This document shows, piece after piece, positions 36,572 through 48,865 of a DNA stretch of 64,000 bases. Origin of the DNA: Microbotryum violaceum. Its lineage: Eukaryota. The notes under the pieces were generated by a model that saw nothing but the letters and a program-made list of their open reading frames with translations, made no database searches and was not told the DNA's origin. Both the position numbers and the translations under genes were made by a program. The stretch covers positions 434,001-498,000 of the forward strand of contig CDLV01000006.1 in the NCBI GenBank assembly GCA_001244265.2, in the 5' to 3' direction. Position 1 is the first letter of the stretch, and every line of letters starts with the position of its first letter.

Positions 36572-38693
36572 TCACCCCGATCTTTCAGGTTGAGGATGAG
36601 ACAAGGCATAGAGCCGTCGCATGAGGACCTCGTATCTGCGAGACAATCGAAGCATCGAGTTCCGGCATAGGTCAGTCTCGGTCGGTCGAGCAACGGAGCC
36701 GAATCGGCAGCGAGCGGCAGATTGGAAGCAAACGAAACTCACGTTAGGATCGTCAGTGCGCTCGACGGTACCGTCCTGATCAAATTGACGCCCATGCCGC
36801 GATAGAAACCCGATGGGCCTTCCGTCCGCAAGATCCGTTTGAACAAAGCCGCCACGCCTTCGTATGATCGGGCAACAGGTGGGGTCGCCCCCTCGTGAGG
36901 TATCGGTCCCGATGTCTGTGTCCGTACGTTCTTTTGGATTTGAAGTCGGGTACGGAGTACTTCGTGGGGGTAGGTAGCTACCGATGCGATCATTTTCGAC
37001 ACCGAGGAGCAATAGAGGATCGTCGAGGATGGGACGTCGGATCCGTCAGGCGGCCCTACAAGAATCAGCGTGAGGGAAACGAATTAGAATTGGGAACGAG
37101 TGACTGATTCAGAGGGGGCGGAAAGCTTACGATTGTAGACTTTGAGCTGTTCATAGAGTGGGAATTGAAGCGCAATATGGCTGACGCCAATCAAGCTTGG
37201 GACCATCCCTCGGTAGAATGTTTGTATCCCTTCGGTGTGGTAGATTCGTCTGATGGCGTCCCATGTATGCGAATACGGCGGCTCATTCGGTCCTGTCGTT
37301 TGGGTCTGAATAGGCCGAGATCGTTGATCAGCAACAGCCACGGCCTCTATCACGGTGCGCGGTCTGAGTCGCTTACCATGAATCGAGTCTTGACGACCCA
37401 GAGAGGATTTGTGACGATTGTCCCCGTTGCTCCGGCGACCATGGCCGCGACGATGTGCGATATCGGGTCATCGTTTCCTGCACGTCATCAGATGTGTGTG
37501 AGTAACCAAGGATGCTTTCCAGCCAAGCGTCTGAGGGTGAAGCCGGAGTCGCTTCTTCCATCGGTCGATCAATCGAGATGTTGGGCGGCGCAGTTCAAGG
37601 ATCAACAACAGTCTCGGAATCAGACGCCCTCCCGGGACTATTGTCTAATATTCAGATTCATCCGCCCCTTCGTGCACCACCTCTCCCCCCGCGAGGAGTT
37701 TGAAGGGTGTAGAGGAAAAGACGGAAGGTTCGTCAGAGGTCTAAGGATGTAAGTTGATAGTCATCTTGTTCCTGTAGACTGTTGTTGGAGGTGGCCTCTT
37801 TACACACACGGCTCATTGGTGATTTGTGGGATCTTGGCCCCATCGTTACGAGTCTACGAGCCGGACGAGATGCGTGCGGATAAAGTGCGGACACGAGGGA
37901 GGAAAAAGGAGACAAATGCGCCGAGTGGCCAGCGGACGGGAGGGAGGGAGACTGACCTCTTGATCGGCCCATGGTCGACTTGATCTTGTCGTACACGGTG
38001 AAGTAGATGGCCCATGTGGGGAGGTACCCGATGATGGTTGGTCCTAGGCCTCGATAGAAGCCGCGGAAGCCAGCGGTCGATGCGATGTGGACACACGTGC
38101 CTGGTCATCCCCGTTCGACCGTGCGAAGAGAGCATCGAGGATGTCGTCAGTGAGTGCCATGCACTAAGAAAGGAGGGACCAGATGGTAGGCATACTGGCT
38201 CGACGTCTTAGGTCATGATCACGGGGACAGTGCGTGCATGAACACCTGGAGAAGAGCCAGGGGACGATCGGCGACAAAGAGGAAGGAAAAAGAGCTCGAA
38301 AGAGGGGCGCCGACTGCGAGACCGCGCGACTGCGAGCCAATGCGACTTGCGGCCAGTGCGCACTGACTTGCGGCTCACCGGCGGCTCACCAGCGGTCCAG
38401 CGGCCGTCACCCGTCGGCTCGTGCAATCGCAGCTCCCGCCAGTCGCCAACGCGGTCCTGTGCTGCCCCGCGCAAATCAGGAACACGACCCAGAGCATGGC
38501 TCGATGACTTACCAATAAGTCCTCTCGGAGCGGTCGTCGCGCCCGAGGCTTGCAGACGAGTCTTTATGACGTCGAGCGGACAGGTGACGACCGAGGTGAC
38601 CAGACCCGCGCCAGCGCCGGCTAGCATCGACTCGGCGCCATGGAACCACACGGTCGAGCCTTTGGGATCCCGGTCGGTGAGGGTGACCCGCAT
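36572..38693 (-). CDS. Mitochondrial carrier, NAD+/folate subfamily (Ndt1-like), multi-exon
   Basis: Three carrier signatures: CPLDVIKTRLQ, NPLWVVKTRFM, YPHEVLRTRLQ; also GYLPTWAIYFTVY. Confidence 0.9.
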
Positions 38694-41427
38694 CGCAGCC
38701 CCAGTTCAGTTCACTCGGGAACGGGGGGGAAAGGGGGGCGAGCGCGAGAGGGCAACCAGCTAGCAGCGGGGTGCAAGAGCGTGCAGTCGACGACAGTTCG
38801 ACGGCACTTGAACGCGCGCCAAATTGCCCATGCGTGCAGGAGATGGACGGGTTGGTTCTTCGCCGCGCCAAAGTCCCTTTAAGGAAAATTCAGCGGCCAC
38901 TTTGGGGAGGTATGGATGAACCTCCAGAACGCCTAAGGGCATGACCACTGCAGAGCTGGCGTCATGATCTTATAACAGGGACGGCAAGAAGAGGGGGTGA
39001 GCGCCAAAAAGGGTGCAGTGGGCGGAGCAACGCAGGCCGGGAGTCAGTCAGTCAACGGGGACTCTTCGCGGAGGGGAGGGATAGGGTGCACCTCTTCCAA
39101 GGAAGAGCGTAGATTGCAGGGAAAAATGGAGAAAGAGGGGGAAAGAAACAGATGATGTCCTGGGGCAAGGCGGAACAGGTGTGTAAGTCTTAGTCAGGTC
39201 AGAGGCGATTGCCTGAATAATCTGGTTCAGCGCCCGATAAGGGTCATCATCTCTGTTTGTAGGTAGCAGCTGGATGACATATTCCCAGTCACCCCACCTT
39301 AACGTTATTCCGCTGGTGGCTAGACATGGCGTGGTACTCGAGACATCGGTCCAAGGGAGCAATTCAATCACCGAGCTAACACATCTAATTTAATATGAAC
39401 GCCGGAACCCATTCGATGGGTGGTCGAAGCAAGCACGGCTGACGCGCTGACGCTCAGTCACGCTCGTTACATGCAGCCATGCGACCCCCACCCCCACTCG
39501 GTGCGAAACCGGCCCAGATCGCGGATCGAGTTGCCGTCGCTGGCACCTGTTCGGCTTTTGTCGCCCCTCCGTACGTGTGTATACGGGTGCATAGCTGTAC
39601 TCGGTGGTGGATAAACATGTCTACTCGCTTCTCTCTCATTCACACGTCTCTTCAGGATATTGCACGGTCATTCGCCCATACCCACGCCCGGATGGAATCT
39701 CGTTGAGAAACCCCGTCCAAGTTCACCCACCGCAGACTCAGTGCAGGTCGAGCTGAGGCGAAGTAGGAGCAGGGCGAGGAACACAACCCATGGGAGTGAC
39801 CAATTGAACAGTTAGTGATATGAAGAGTCAGCGATCGAGTGAGACTACCTATGCAACGTGCACGGGGGCAAATTGGTTGAAGGGGATGTGAGGCTCATGC
39901 AGAGCAGGCTGAACGAAACGAAGCCGGCTCCAGGCCACACTCGTGTAAAACCTTAATCAACGTTTAAGATCACCAATGTACGCACGCGTGCATTGGTGTA
40001 CGGCGATGCACCTGTACGCACCGCATAGTCTCGGCTGCGGACCATTCGACCCACCGTGGATCAAGCTATCAAACGCGGGACACTCGGACCGACTTCCCAG
40101 CGCATGGATGAGAGTGCACGACAGTGTGCACCCACACAATTCTATGAACAATCATAGATGCGATGATGTCTTCCGAGAACCCGAATTACTATTTCTGCCG
40201 CCGGATACCGGTTTCTTCTCCAGCAGCCGAATTCCCTCTGAAGCTGAAGGTGACTAGTCGATCTGCATTCCATCTATTGGAGTAGTTAGAGCTTACTCTT
40301 CATTGTTCTTTCCGTCGACCGCTGCGCCCGAGCTTTCGAGTCACGGTGAGCCCCGTACCGCAACCCAACTCTGTGTTGGAATTCGCAGTGAATCGCGGTG
40401 GCAGCGAGGTCGCCTCAGCTCGAGCCAAGCGGCTGGACCAACAACCACTGTATCGATGGCGGCGATTTTAGCTCTGGGGTGAGTCTTAGCGCCCAACATA
40501 GTTGCTGAGACTTGAACGAGCTTGATCGACAACGTATTCGGTCCGGATCGCTGACCACGATGTGGGGTGCTCGGTCCCCTGTCCGCGATATCGCGTCAGA
40601 TCCGCGCCGGCCCTGCTCCTCGCTCCGCAGATGCGGAGAAGATCGGAAGCGGCGGCATCGTCGCTATGCTTCATCCACTCAAGTGCGCGCTAGGCCACCC
40701 CCAGGCTCTCAAGTCACAGCGGCCTGACGCTGACGAATCCGCTGCCTCACACGGGCGGGGAAGCCGAGGGGCATTTCTGGGACCAGACCTGGCGGAAGCA
40801 GTTTTGGCACGCGTGGTTCTACGTTCCTTCTTGCCCATGGTTCTCTTTGTCGTAGACTTTTTGACCGGTCACGCACCCCCCGTTAGCTACTGAGCAGCCT
40901 CCGGTACGGGTTTGAGAACTATCCAACTTAAACTTGGACTCGCACGCGAACCGGCGTGAATGCGCATACGGCAGCCCCTCGAGCTGGGCCGGGGCGGCCC
41001 GGCGAGGGTACTGAATCTCGAGTGCGAGGCGACGCACCACTACGTAATCGCACCGATCGCAAGTTCTCGAAGACAAGGGGCGTGATTTCGCACGCAAGTC
41101 CCACACAAAGCGGAAGTCTCCAACCGTAGTAGAACGGCGGCTCATTTCTCATCGATCGATCGATAGTATCCGAGCGGAGGATCAGTCACAGCGCAGGAGA
41201 ACAGAGAAAACGCTGAGTGGTGATTACAACATGAGATGTGAAATGAGCCGAAAAAGACAAGAAGAAAGGACAGGAAAAGGGAGCGACTACTGCACCCGTG
41301 ACCACTCCGGCTGATTTGACATCAGAAGAGCGCGATCCAAGTTGAGGACTTTCAGGCGCGACCTATCCCAGACGCGACGATACAATGCAGGAAGGTTAGC
41401 GGCTAACACATCAGGACGTCTTGAACC

Positions 41428-42222
41428 TCAGAACAGCTCACCTTTGCCCTTGTCGGATCGATTCGGTAACCGCTCGTACGCATTCGGCTCGGCCGGGGGC
41501 ACCTCCGGGGTATCAGGGCTCGATTCGGCATTTAGGGCAGCTGCTGTTGGAGCCGTCACCGGATTGGACGATGCGGAGGCAGATGTATTGGCTTGATTCA
41601 AGCCACAGCTTTCATGATCTTGATCGTGGCCGCGTTCGTTATGGTGGTGTCGCCGTGAGGGACGCTGGCGCGGAGATTTGGCTACCCGACTGTCATTCGA
41701 CCCGTCCGAGGAGGCCGACTCGGATCCTGACTCGTCCGACGAAGACTCGTCAAACTCCTTGGGCTTGTGGTAGATGCAACAGACTGTGCAACAAGATGAC
41801 ATGGCCGTGAGAACTCAGCCGCGGTCACCGCCAACCACAGTGAGAAGAACGGAGGGGTTGTGGACGACCATCCCACCCCTGCCGCCCCTGCCGCTTCGCT
41901 CCTTCGCCACACCTGGAGACTCACTCTTTGACTTTTTCCGACTGAGCATCTCATTGTCGACGACGTCATCCTGCCACTGTACCCTTGGACCACCGGGTAG
42001 TGCCCGCCCTCGCAGGCGCAACACCCCGACTCGACGTTGGTCTTGGCCCGTTGGCTCGTGCGCGTCGCCTTTGGCATCGTCGTTGTCGTCATCGTGCTCG
42101 ATCGTCACCGTGCGACTGCCATTCGAAGGTGCAGTAGGTGGCGCGACCGCCGTCGATGAGCCTGCCACGGCGGTCGCCCGAGGATGTTGACGAGCGTACT
42201 GGGCTGGAGTCTCGACGGGCAT
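41428..42222 (-). CDS. YPI1: Protein phosphatase 1 inhibitor-3 (Ypi1/PPP1R11)
   Basis: RVQW (RVxF/W) followed by DVVDNE..RKKSK, intron, then CCIYHKPKEFDESS. Confidence 0.93.
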
Positions 42223-42615
42223 GTTTGAAGACGAGCTGAGTCAGTGCAGTGTAGTGTCAGTTGCCGGCCGGGAAGCAAGGTGCGCTGCCTGCAGAAAGCT
42301 CGCGTGCCGAAGACGGACTGCCGACCGGCGCAGACCGGCGCGGCCGTCACTGCACTGCATCGTCTGTATCCTTCAAGTTGGTTGTCCCAGGCTGATCGCG
42401 GCTCCATCTACGAATTCCAAAACGATCTCAGCTCCGGTTCGCCGGCCACAGCTTAATAGTCTCGATGTCGATTCCCGGCCCGCTTGCCGGCCGGCCCGCG
42501 CGCAGCCCCACCTTGGGATGTGCAGTATTACCTTTTTCCCCTTCTTATTCGTCCCGCCCCGCTTCTTCTTTCTCCTCCCCTTTTTTGTTGAACCTGGTCA
42601 AGTCGGGTTGCCCAC

Positions 42616-44280
42616 ATGCCTGCTCCCCCGCCTCGCGTGATCGTGACCCGACTGATGCCGGTGACGGCGACACATCTTCTCAACTGTGCTTCGCGACAGG
42701 GCCTCCTCGAACTGGTGCAATGGCAGCACGACGAGACCTGTCCTCGAGCATGGCTCAAGTATGAAATCGCCAAAGAGCATACCGTCGGTCTGGTCGCTAC
42801 GTTGGGAGACAAGGTGAGTAGCCTCCTAATCCTCGCGAGCAACTCGATCAGGTCCGAGCCAGTCAAGCCTAGTGGGGCCCAGCATGCCCAGCACCTTGCC
42901 AAAAACCAGAATGGAGGGCCTCGTTCAATCTGATTTATTGCAAATCTTGTCCCCCGAGACAGATGATCTCTAGGGTGTGTGGGTGGGAAGGGCGTGTGTG
43001 CTGATCTCAATGTTCTCATTCCTGGCCCGGCCTGAACACTAGATTGATGAGGACCTGCTCGCCGTCGGTGCGTCCGCTTTGATGGCCTCCAAGTGGAAGC
43101 TCGCGCAGCGTTTTCCAGCTTCTGACCAGTCGACTGCTCGCCTTTGTTATCACTACAGCCTCGAAGGATCTGAAGGTGGTATCGACGATGTCAGCTGGAT
43201 ACGACCATGTGCAAGTCTCGGCTCTTCGGTCGCGGAGCATCAAGCTGGGCACCAGTCAGTCCTGACGAATTGTCACCCTTCATCTCAAACCACGTTCTGC
43301 ACTCACCTGTAACTGGATCTGTCCTAGCACCGGATGCTTTGACCGACGCAACGGCTGATATCGGTGCCATCTTAACATTGATGGCAACCCGACGAGCCGG
43401 CGAGGTCCGAGATATTCTACCGGCCCGGCCCCGCGCGGTGGATCGTTTGCTGACAGCTAGCCTGATTCTACCGCTAGTGTAGGCTTACCGAAACGTAATT
43501 GAAGGGAAATGGCCCACGATGCCGTGGTCCCCCTTCCTCCTGTGTGGGAGTGGTCTTCAAGGGGTGAGTCTTAGATGTCTCTCAGCTGCCAAACTCAGTG
43601 TAGAGCTTTGGGCTGACTTTTCTCCCTTCTTTCGCGTTGTCGTTGGTCCGTTCATCGCAAATACCCCGAATCAGAAAACAATCGGCATCCTAGGGTTCGG
43701 TAGGATTGGCCAATTGACGCTCAAGCGCCTACTCGGATTCTCTCCAACAAAGGCACTGTACACGACCTCCCGGCCCGGCTTACCGCCCACCCAAGACTAT
43801 TACTCGCTCTTACCTCCGAACCTGAACAGCGCCGCGATCGAACCAGCGGCCACAATCAGAAACCTCGCCGAGCGCTCAGACATCTTGATCGTGACCTGCG
43901 CGTTGACCGAACAGACCAAGGGACTCGTCGGAGCCGAGTTTTTGGGATGGATGAAGAAAGGTAGCTACGTGATCAACACTGCGCGAGGGCCCATCGTCGA
44001 TAACGGCGCGTTGGTCAGAGCTGTGAGAAGTGGGCACCTCGCAGGGGCCGGCCTGGACGTCGTCGACGGGGAACCCAACATTGGGCACGGGCACGAGTTG
44101 CTCAAGGAGGACACGATCGTCGTTTTACCTCATATCGGTAGCGCGACAGTCGAGACGAGGGATCGCATGGGCGAGGACGCGGTGAGGAACCTGTTTGCTG
44201 CGCTCGGGATTGCAAAGGTCGAGGGAGATACGGATGGTAATGGTTGGGACGATGGGTGGAGGAATCAAGTGCAGATTTGA
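42616..44280 (+). CDS. D-isomer 2-hydroxyacid dehydrogenase (glyoxylate/hydroxypyruvate reductase), spliced
   Basis: STMSAGYDHV, PDALTDATAD, GILGFGRIG, INTARGPIVD, GAGLDV, LPHIGSAT. Confidence 0.93.
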
Positions 44281-44750
44281 GGCTTGTCGTCTGGTTTGTT
44301 GCATTCCTAGCCTGGTGGGTGCCATCAACAACGGCATGCCTTCGTGCAGGCTATCAGATTTTTCCACATAGAATCGACTCGGGTATGTCCGTCTGATTGA
44401 ACCTGACACGAGAAGCACATTATAATTATCACGTATCGATAAGCGATAGGAAGCCTAAGGGGATGATGAGATATCTGAATCACGGATCGAACCTCTCTCT
44501 TGTCGACTCTCTGAGCGGGTTATCTGCGCTGCAATGCAATCGTCGCCACGGTGGTAGTCGTGACGGCCTGGTCCGAGCGGGGTCCAGTCACCGCCAAGGC
44601 AGGCTGATGAGTGATAAGCACATGCGATATTGCAATCGCCTTTTACCCCACGCGCGCACGCCGATGCGGTGCCCGTCGTTGGCGTGATTGTCGCTGCCAG
44701 CTCCCCTCGACGTCCTCTCCTTCACCAACGCATCACTCGGGAGCGAGGTC

Positions 44751-45118
44751 ATGGTTGCCGACGCCGATGACAGCCACCCTGCATCGTCTCCGAGCTCGGA
44801 TGGACTGGTGAGCTTATCCACTGACCCAAGCAGTGCTGCTCGAGCGTCGGTCCGGACGAAGCCCCCGCCATTGGCCGGCTCATCATCGTCATTCACCGGC
44901 CCCCCCTCACCCTCACCCTCCCCGTCGCGGGCTCGCCCACGCATGCCGTCACTGGGCCCTCGCGCGGCATCCTCGCGAGCGGCCGGCCCGAGCACAGTCG
45001 TATTGACGCCCCTGACCGCACGATCATCGTCGACGACGCGTCTGAGCCAACTAGACGTGTCGACCTCGTCGTCCGCTTCGCTGCTGGCGCCTTCCTCGTC
45101 GGGATCGGGATCGCCGGC

Positions 45119-45149
<31 letters not shown>

Positions 45150-48100
45150 TCGGAAGCTTATCGAGCCTGGCGCCGAGACTCGAAGGAGCGCATCGAGCAA
45201 CAGCAGCACCGACGGCAGCACGGACAGCCACAGCCACCGTCACCATCACACTCACACGCACAGCTGGCACACCATCGCCACGACAAGCACCACACCCCTG
45301 CGTACCACTCCGCCCTGCCATCGGGCGTCGCGGTGCCTCCTCGATCAGCTTATCCGCCGAGCCCGAGGTCCAGGTCGGCTCATCCGATCACCGACGGCTC
45401 GGAGTCCGGATCGTCGCCGAGAAACCACCACTACGACAGGCCCAGCCAGGACAAGGCCGTCTCCTTCGTCATCGGTGCACCCTTGTCTGATTCGACCGAC
45501 GATGAAGATGATGCTCGTGCACGCGATGGCGATGGCGCCTCGAAACCCAGTAAAAGATCGACGCCCCGATCGATTCCCGTTCGAGGAAGAGCGACAGTGT
45601 CAGGTGCAGTGCAATCAGAGTCCAGCTCAAGGGTCGGAGATGCACAAGCGAACGAAGACCCCGCGGAAGAATACACGATCGAGGACATCATTCGACTGCA
45701 GGTACGCTCAACTTGGTGCCGTCTGAGCCGTCGGCTTGCCGTCCAGAGTCCTTCCCATCTCAATCGGCTGACCGGTCCACGCACTGTGCCCTGGGTGTAT
45801 GTTCATAGATTGCCCAACCCATACACCGACTCGATCCCAACAACTTCGACGCCCTGCTCAAACTTGGGATCGGAGATTATACATTCAGCCTGCGCGCTGC
45901 TGCTCCAGGCTCTGTACCAGCTTCTGCTCCCTCAGCCATACCCCGTGCCGGTTCATCACCCGCACCCTCCTTAGCGACCCAACCGCACCCTGATCGCGTC
46001 AGCTTAGGCAAGGGCAAATTCAGCGAAGTTCTCTTGGCGCAGAAAGAGAACATCTCGGTGGGTTTCGCAAACGAGGAAAAATGTGGAGCTTGAACTGACG
46101 CTCTCAATGTCTTTACTCGCATAGTTCGCGCTCAAACACACGCCACTGTATTCTCACCACCCTCTTATTGCGAGTCGGCTGTTGCGAGAGCCCACAATTC
46201 TAGCCCAGCTGCTACCCCATCCGAATCTAGTCAAGGTAGATTCATCGTGCTGGCTAGCCATACGGATGCTTGAGAGCCGGCGCTCACTCCTTTTATCTAA
46301 TATCGCCAGGTCTACGAAACAATACGAACGCCTGGTCACTTCTACCTCGTCGAAGAAAACCTGCAGTCCTCGGTCACGCTCGAACAGCTGGTCGCTTCGT
46401 ACCCCGATGGCATACTTCCTTTACCGCTTGCTTGGAGTGTTCTCAGGCAGTTGGGTAGTGTAGTTCGGAGTCTACATGAACCGCTGCGAGTGTGCCATAG
46501 GGATATCAAGGTAAGTCCCAGATTTGGTCATGACTTGTGCAGCGCTGGAGAGCACTAATCCGCTGTCTTCCGTATGCACATCCTCCAGCCTGAGAATATT
46601 CTCGTCCATGTCAGCTCGTCGCCGACAGATCCGCAACCGACCTTGATGCTCAAGCTGCTTGATTTTGGTCTGGCGACCCACTATTCTGCGAGTGAAGCCA
46701 AGTTGACGACTTGTTGCGGCAGCCCCGCTTATCATAGCCCCGAGTTATGGCGTGGCTTGCGTGAGCCGAGCGGCGCTGTGCGCTACTGGGTGAGTCGGAA
46801 GCCGTAGTAACACGACGGGGTATCAGATACTTAATGGTCCCGTCACCTTTGCAGGGTCCGGAAGTGGACATCTGGTGCGTCGGTCTGACCGTCTTACGAT
46901 GTCTGTCGCCGAGCAAATACCCACTTGGCATTGCGCACTCCTCGCTGATCGCACTGGCGGACAAGGTGGTGGATGCCCTGCTCGTGGTCAAAGACGATGC
47001 GATGCGACAAACGCTGGCTGGCCTGCTCGAAATGGACGGTACTTCGCGTATGAGATCTTTCGGGCAATTCTGTCTGCGCAAGGACGTACAGCAAGTCAAG
47101 CCTTTCAAAATGCCGGCGAACACTCCACGAACGACGCCGAATTCCCCTGCGGTAACAGGTCTCTCCTCCCTCGAGGCTTCTCCCAAAGATGCCGCCGGAG
47201 AATTGCTCGGGCAAACCGAGGCTGCTGGAGAAGCGCAAGCACCTTCGCGCAAAGAGTTCAAAAGTACGAATTTCATACCGATGGAGCCGCAATACTTTCT
47301 CGAGCTGCCTCTGCTGTCATCGTCGGACGTCCCAGATGGACCTCGACCGCTGCAAGTGTGCGCCGTCGACGGCGACGCCATGCCAATGCGTTCGCGGTCG
47401 CCGAGCCGCACTCGATTATCTCGTCATCGACATTCGTCGTCACTGATTGTGGACTCCGTAGACCGACTCGCACATGAATCGGCTACCCCTGACTCTCCGG
47501 CACCCGCCACCGCGTCGGATTCGGAACCGTCTATGCAAACTAATGCCTCGGTGCCCGCTACGCCCCTCACACCTCAAACGAACATGTTCGCGTCGTTGCA
47601 CGACCCTTATCCTCCCCCCATTGAGCTCCTACTTGCCAATCCGACCCACGAATCGATCTATCGTGCCACCTCCTACATCAAATACGCACTGCGCTGCGCT
47701 GGTATCCTGTACCATGTTCGCGAAGAGGCGAGAGAACGCCGGAGCCCAGTGATTGGATACGACGCGAAGAGCTCTCCGCCAACGGCCACGAACTCTTTTG
47801 ATCTGGACGACTCGTACTTCTGTCATCTCGAATGCGTTGTGCGACTTCCCGACATGGATCTCTCGTCCAAAGCGTCCTCAGCGTTAATGGCCGCACTGCG
47901 ACCGCCCATGAGCCGAGCACATACGACTGGAGGCCCTAACTTTCGCAGCAGCTCGACTCCAGCTGCACATGACGGGCGACAACCGCGACAACAAGAAGCC
48001 GGCGCTGGCAAAAAGAAAGTCGAGGAGGTCTCGGCTTTGACCTTCTTCCTCTCGATTCGCAAGGCCGCTCCACCGTTCCGGCGCCGACATTGGACGCGCC

Positions 48101-48588
48101 GCCGTACGCCCGAACGTATCAGTGTCCAGCTGTCGGATGCAAGGGCCCTCAAGCCGGTCCGAGATGCTCTTCGCTTTGATAGCCTGTCAAAGCTCCCGGG
48201 GGCCAAATCCAACGACTTGGCCGATACCTCGGACTTAGATCGGCGAGGAAGGCTTCCGCGAGGCGAGGACAAGCAGACCACCTTCAGGGGCACCCACCAC
48301 AGTGCAGACAGGAGTTCACGAGATCGACGCCCTATGTTGACTGTCAGATTATCTACCGGACCCAAAGGGCACGAGCCGAGAACCTCAGCCTTGGGACTTT
48401 CGACGGGTCCTCTCGCAGACGGTGAAGTGACGCCGAGGAGGCAAGGTTTCTTCGACTTTGTGGCGGGATGGACCAAGGCAAGCGGCGCAGCAGAGGCCAA
48501 ACCTGCGCGAACCCCTTTTCCTGAACAAGTCTCCAATGTTGAGGCTCAACGGGCAAGATTGGCAGCCATGGCTATAGGGCATTCCTAG
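44751..48588 (+). CDS. Ser/Thr protein kinase (CAMK-like) with long low-complexity N- and C-termini, multi-exon
   Basis: LGKGKFSEV, ALK, HRDIK|PENIL, LLDFGLA, CCGSPAYHSPE, GPEVDIWCVG; poly-Q (CAG)n at ~45120-45149. Confidence 0.9.
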
Positions 48589-48865
48589 CATGCCATGCAC
48601 CTGAAGCGGTGCCGCATAGCGAAATGTTGTAATACCAGTCCTTAACCAGACGCGCAAGCTCTGATCAGCGCGCGAGCGTTGTCGGAGGGGTTGCTAACGC
48701 TTTTGCATGGACCCAGGCTCTCACCCCGAGTGGCATAGTATTCACTATGACGAGAGCGGACCCGCCATGCATCTATCCAGCTTTCATGCGGACCAGCCGT
48801 TGGAGCATACTTGCGGACAATGCGAACATGAACGGTCACAAGGAAACGCACGGGCTCGCGAATTT

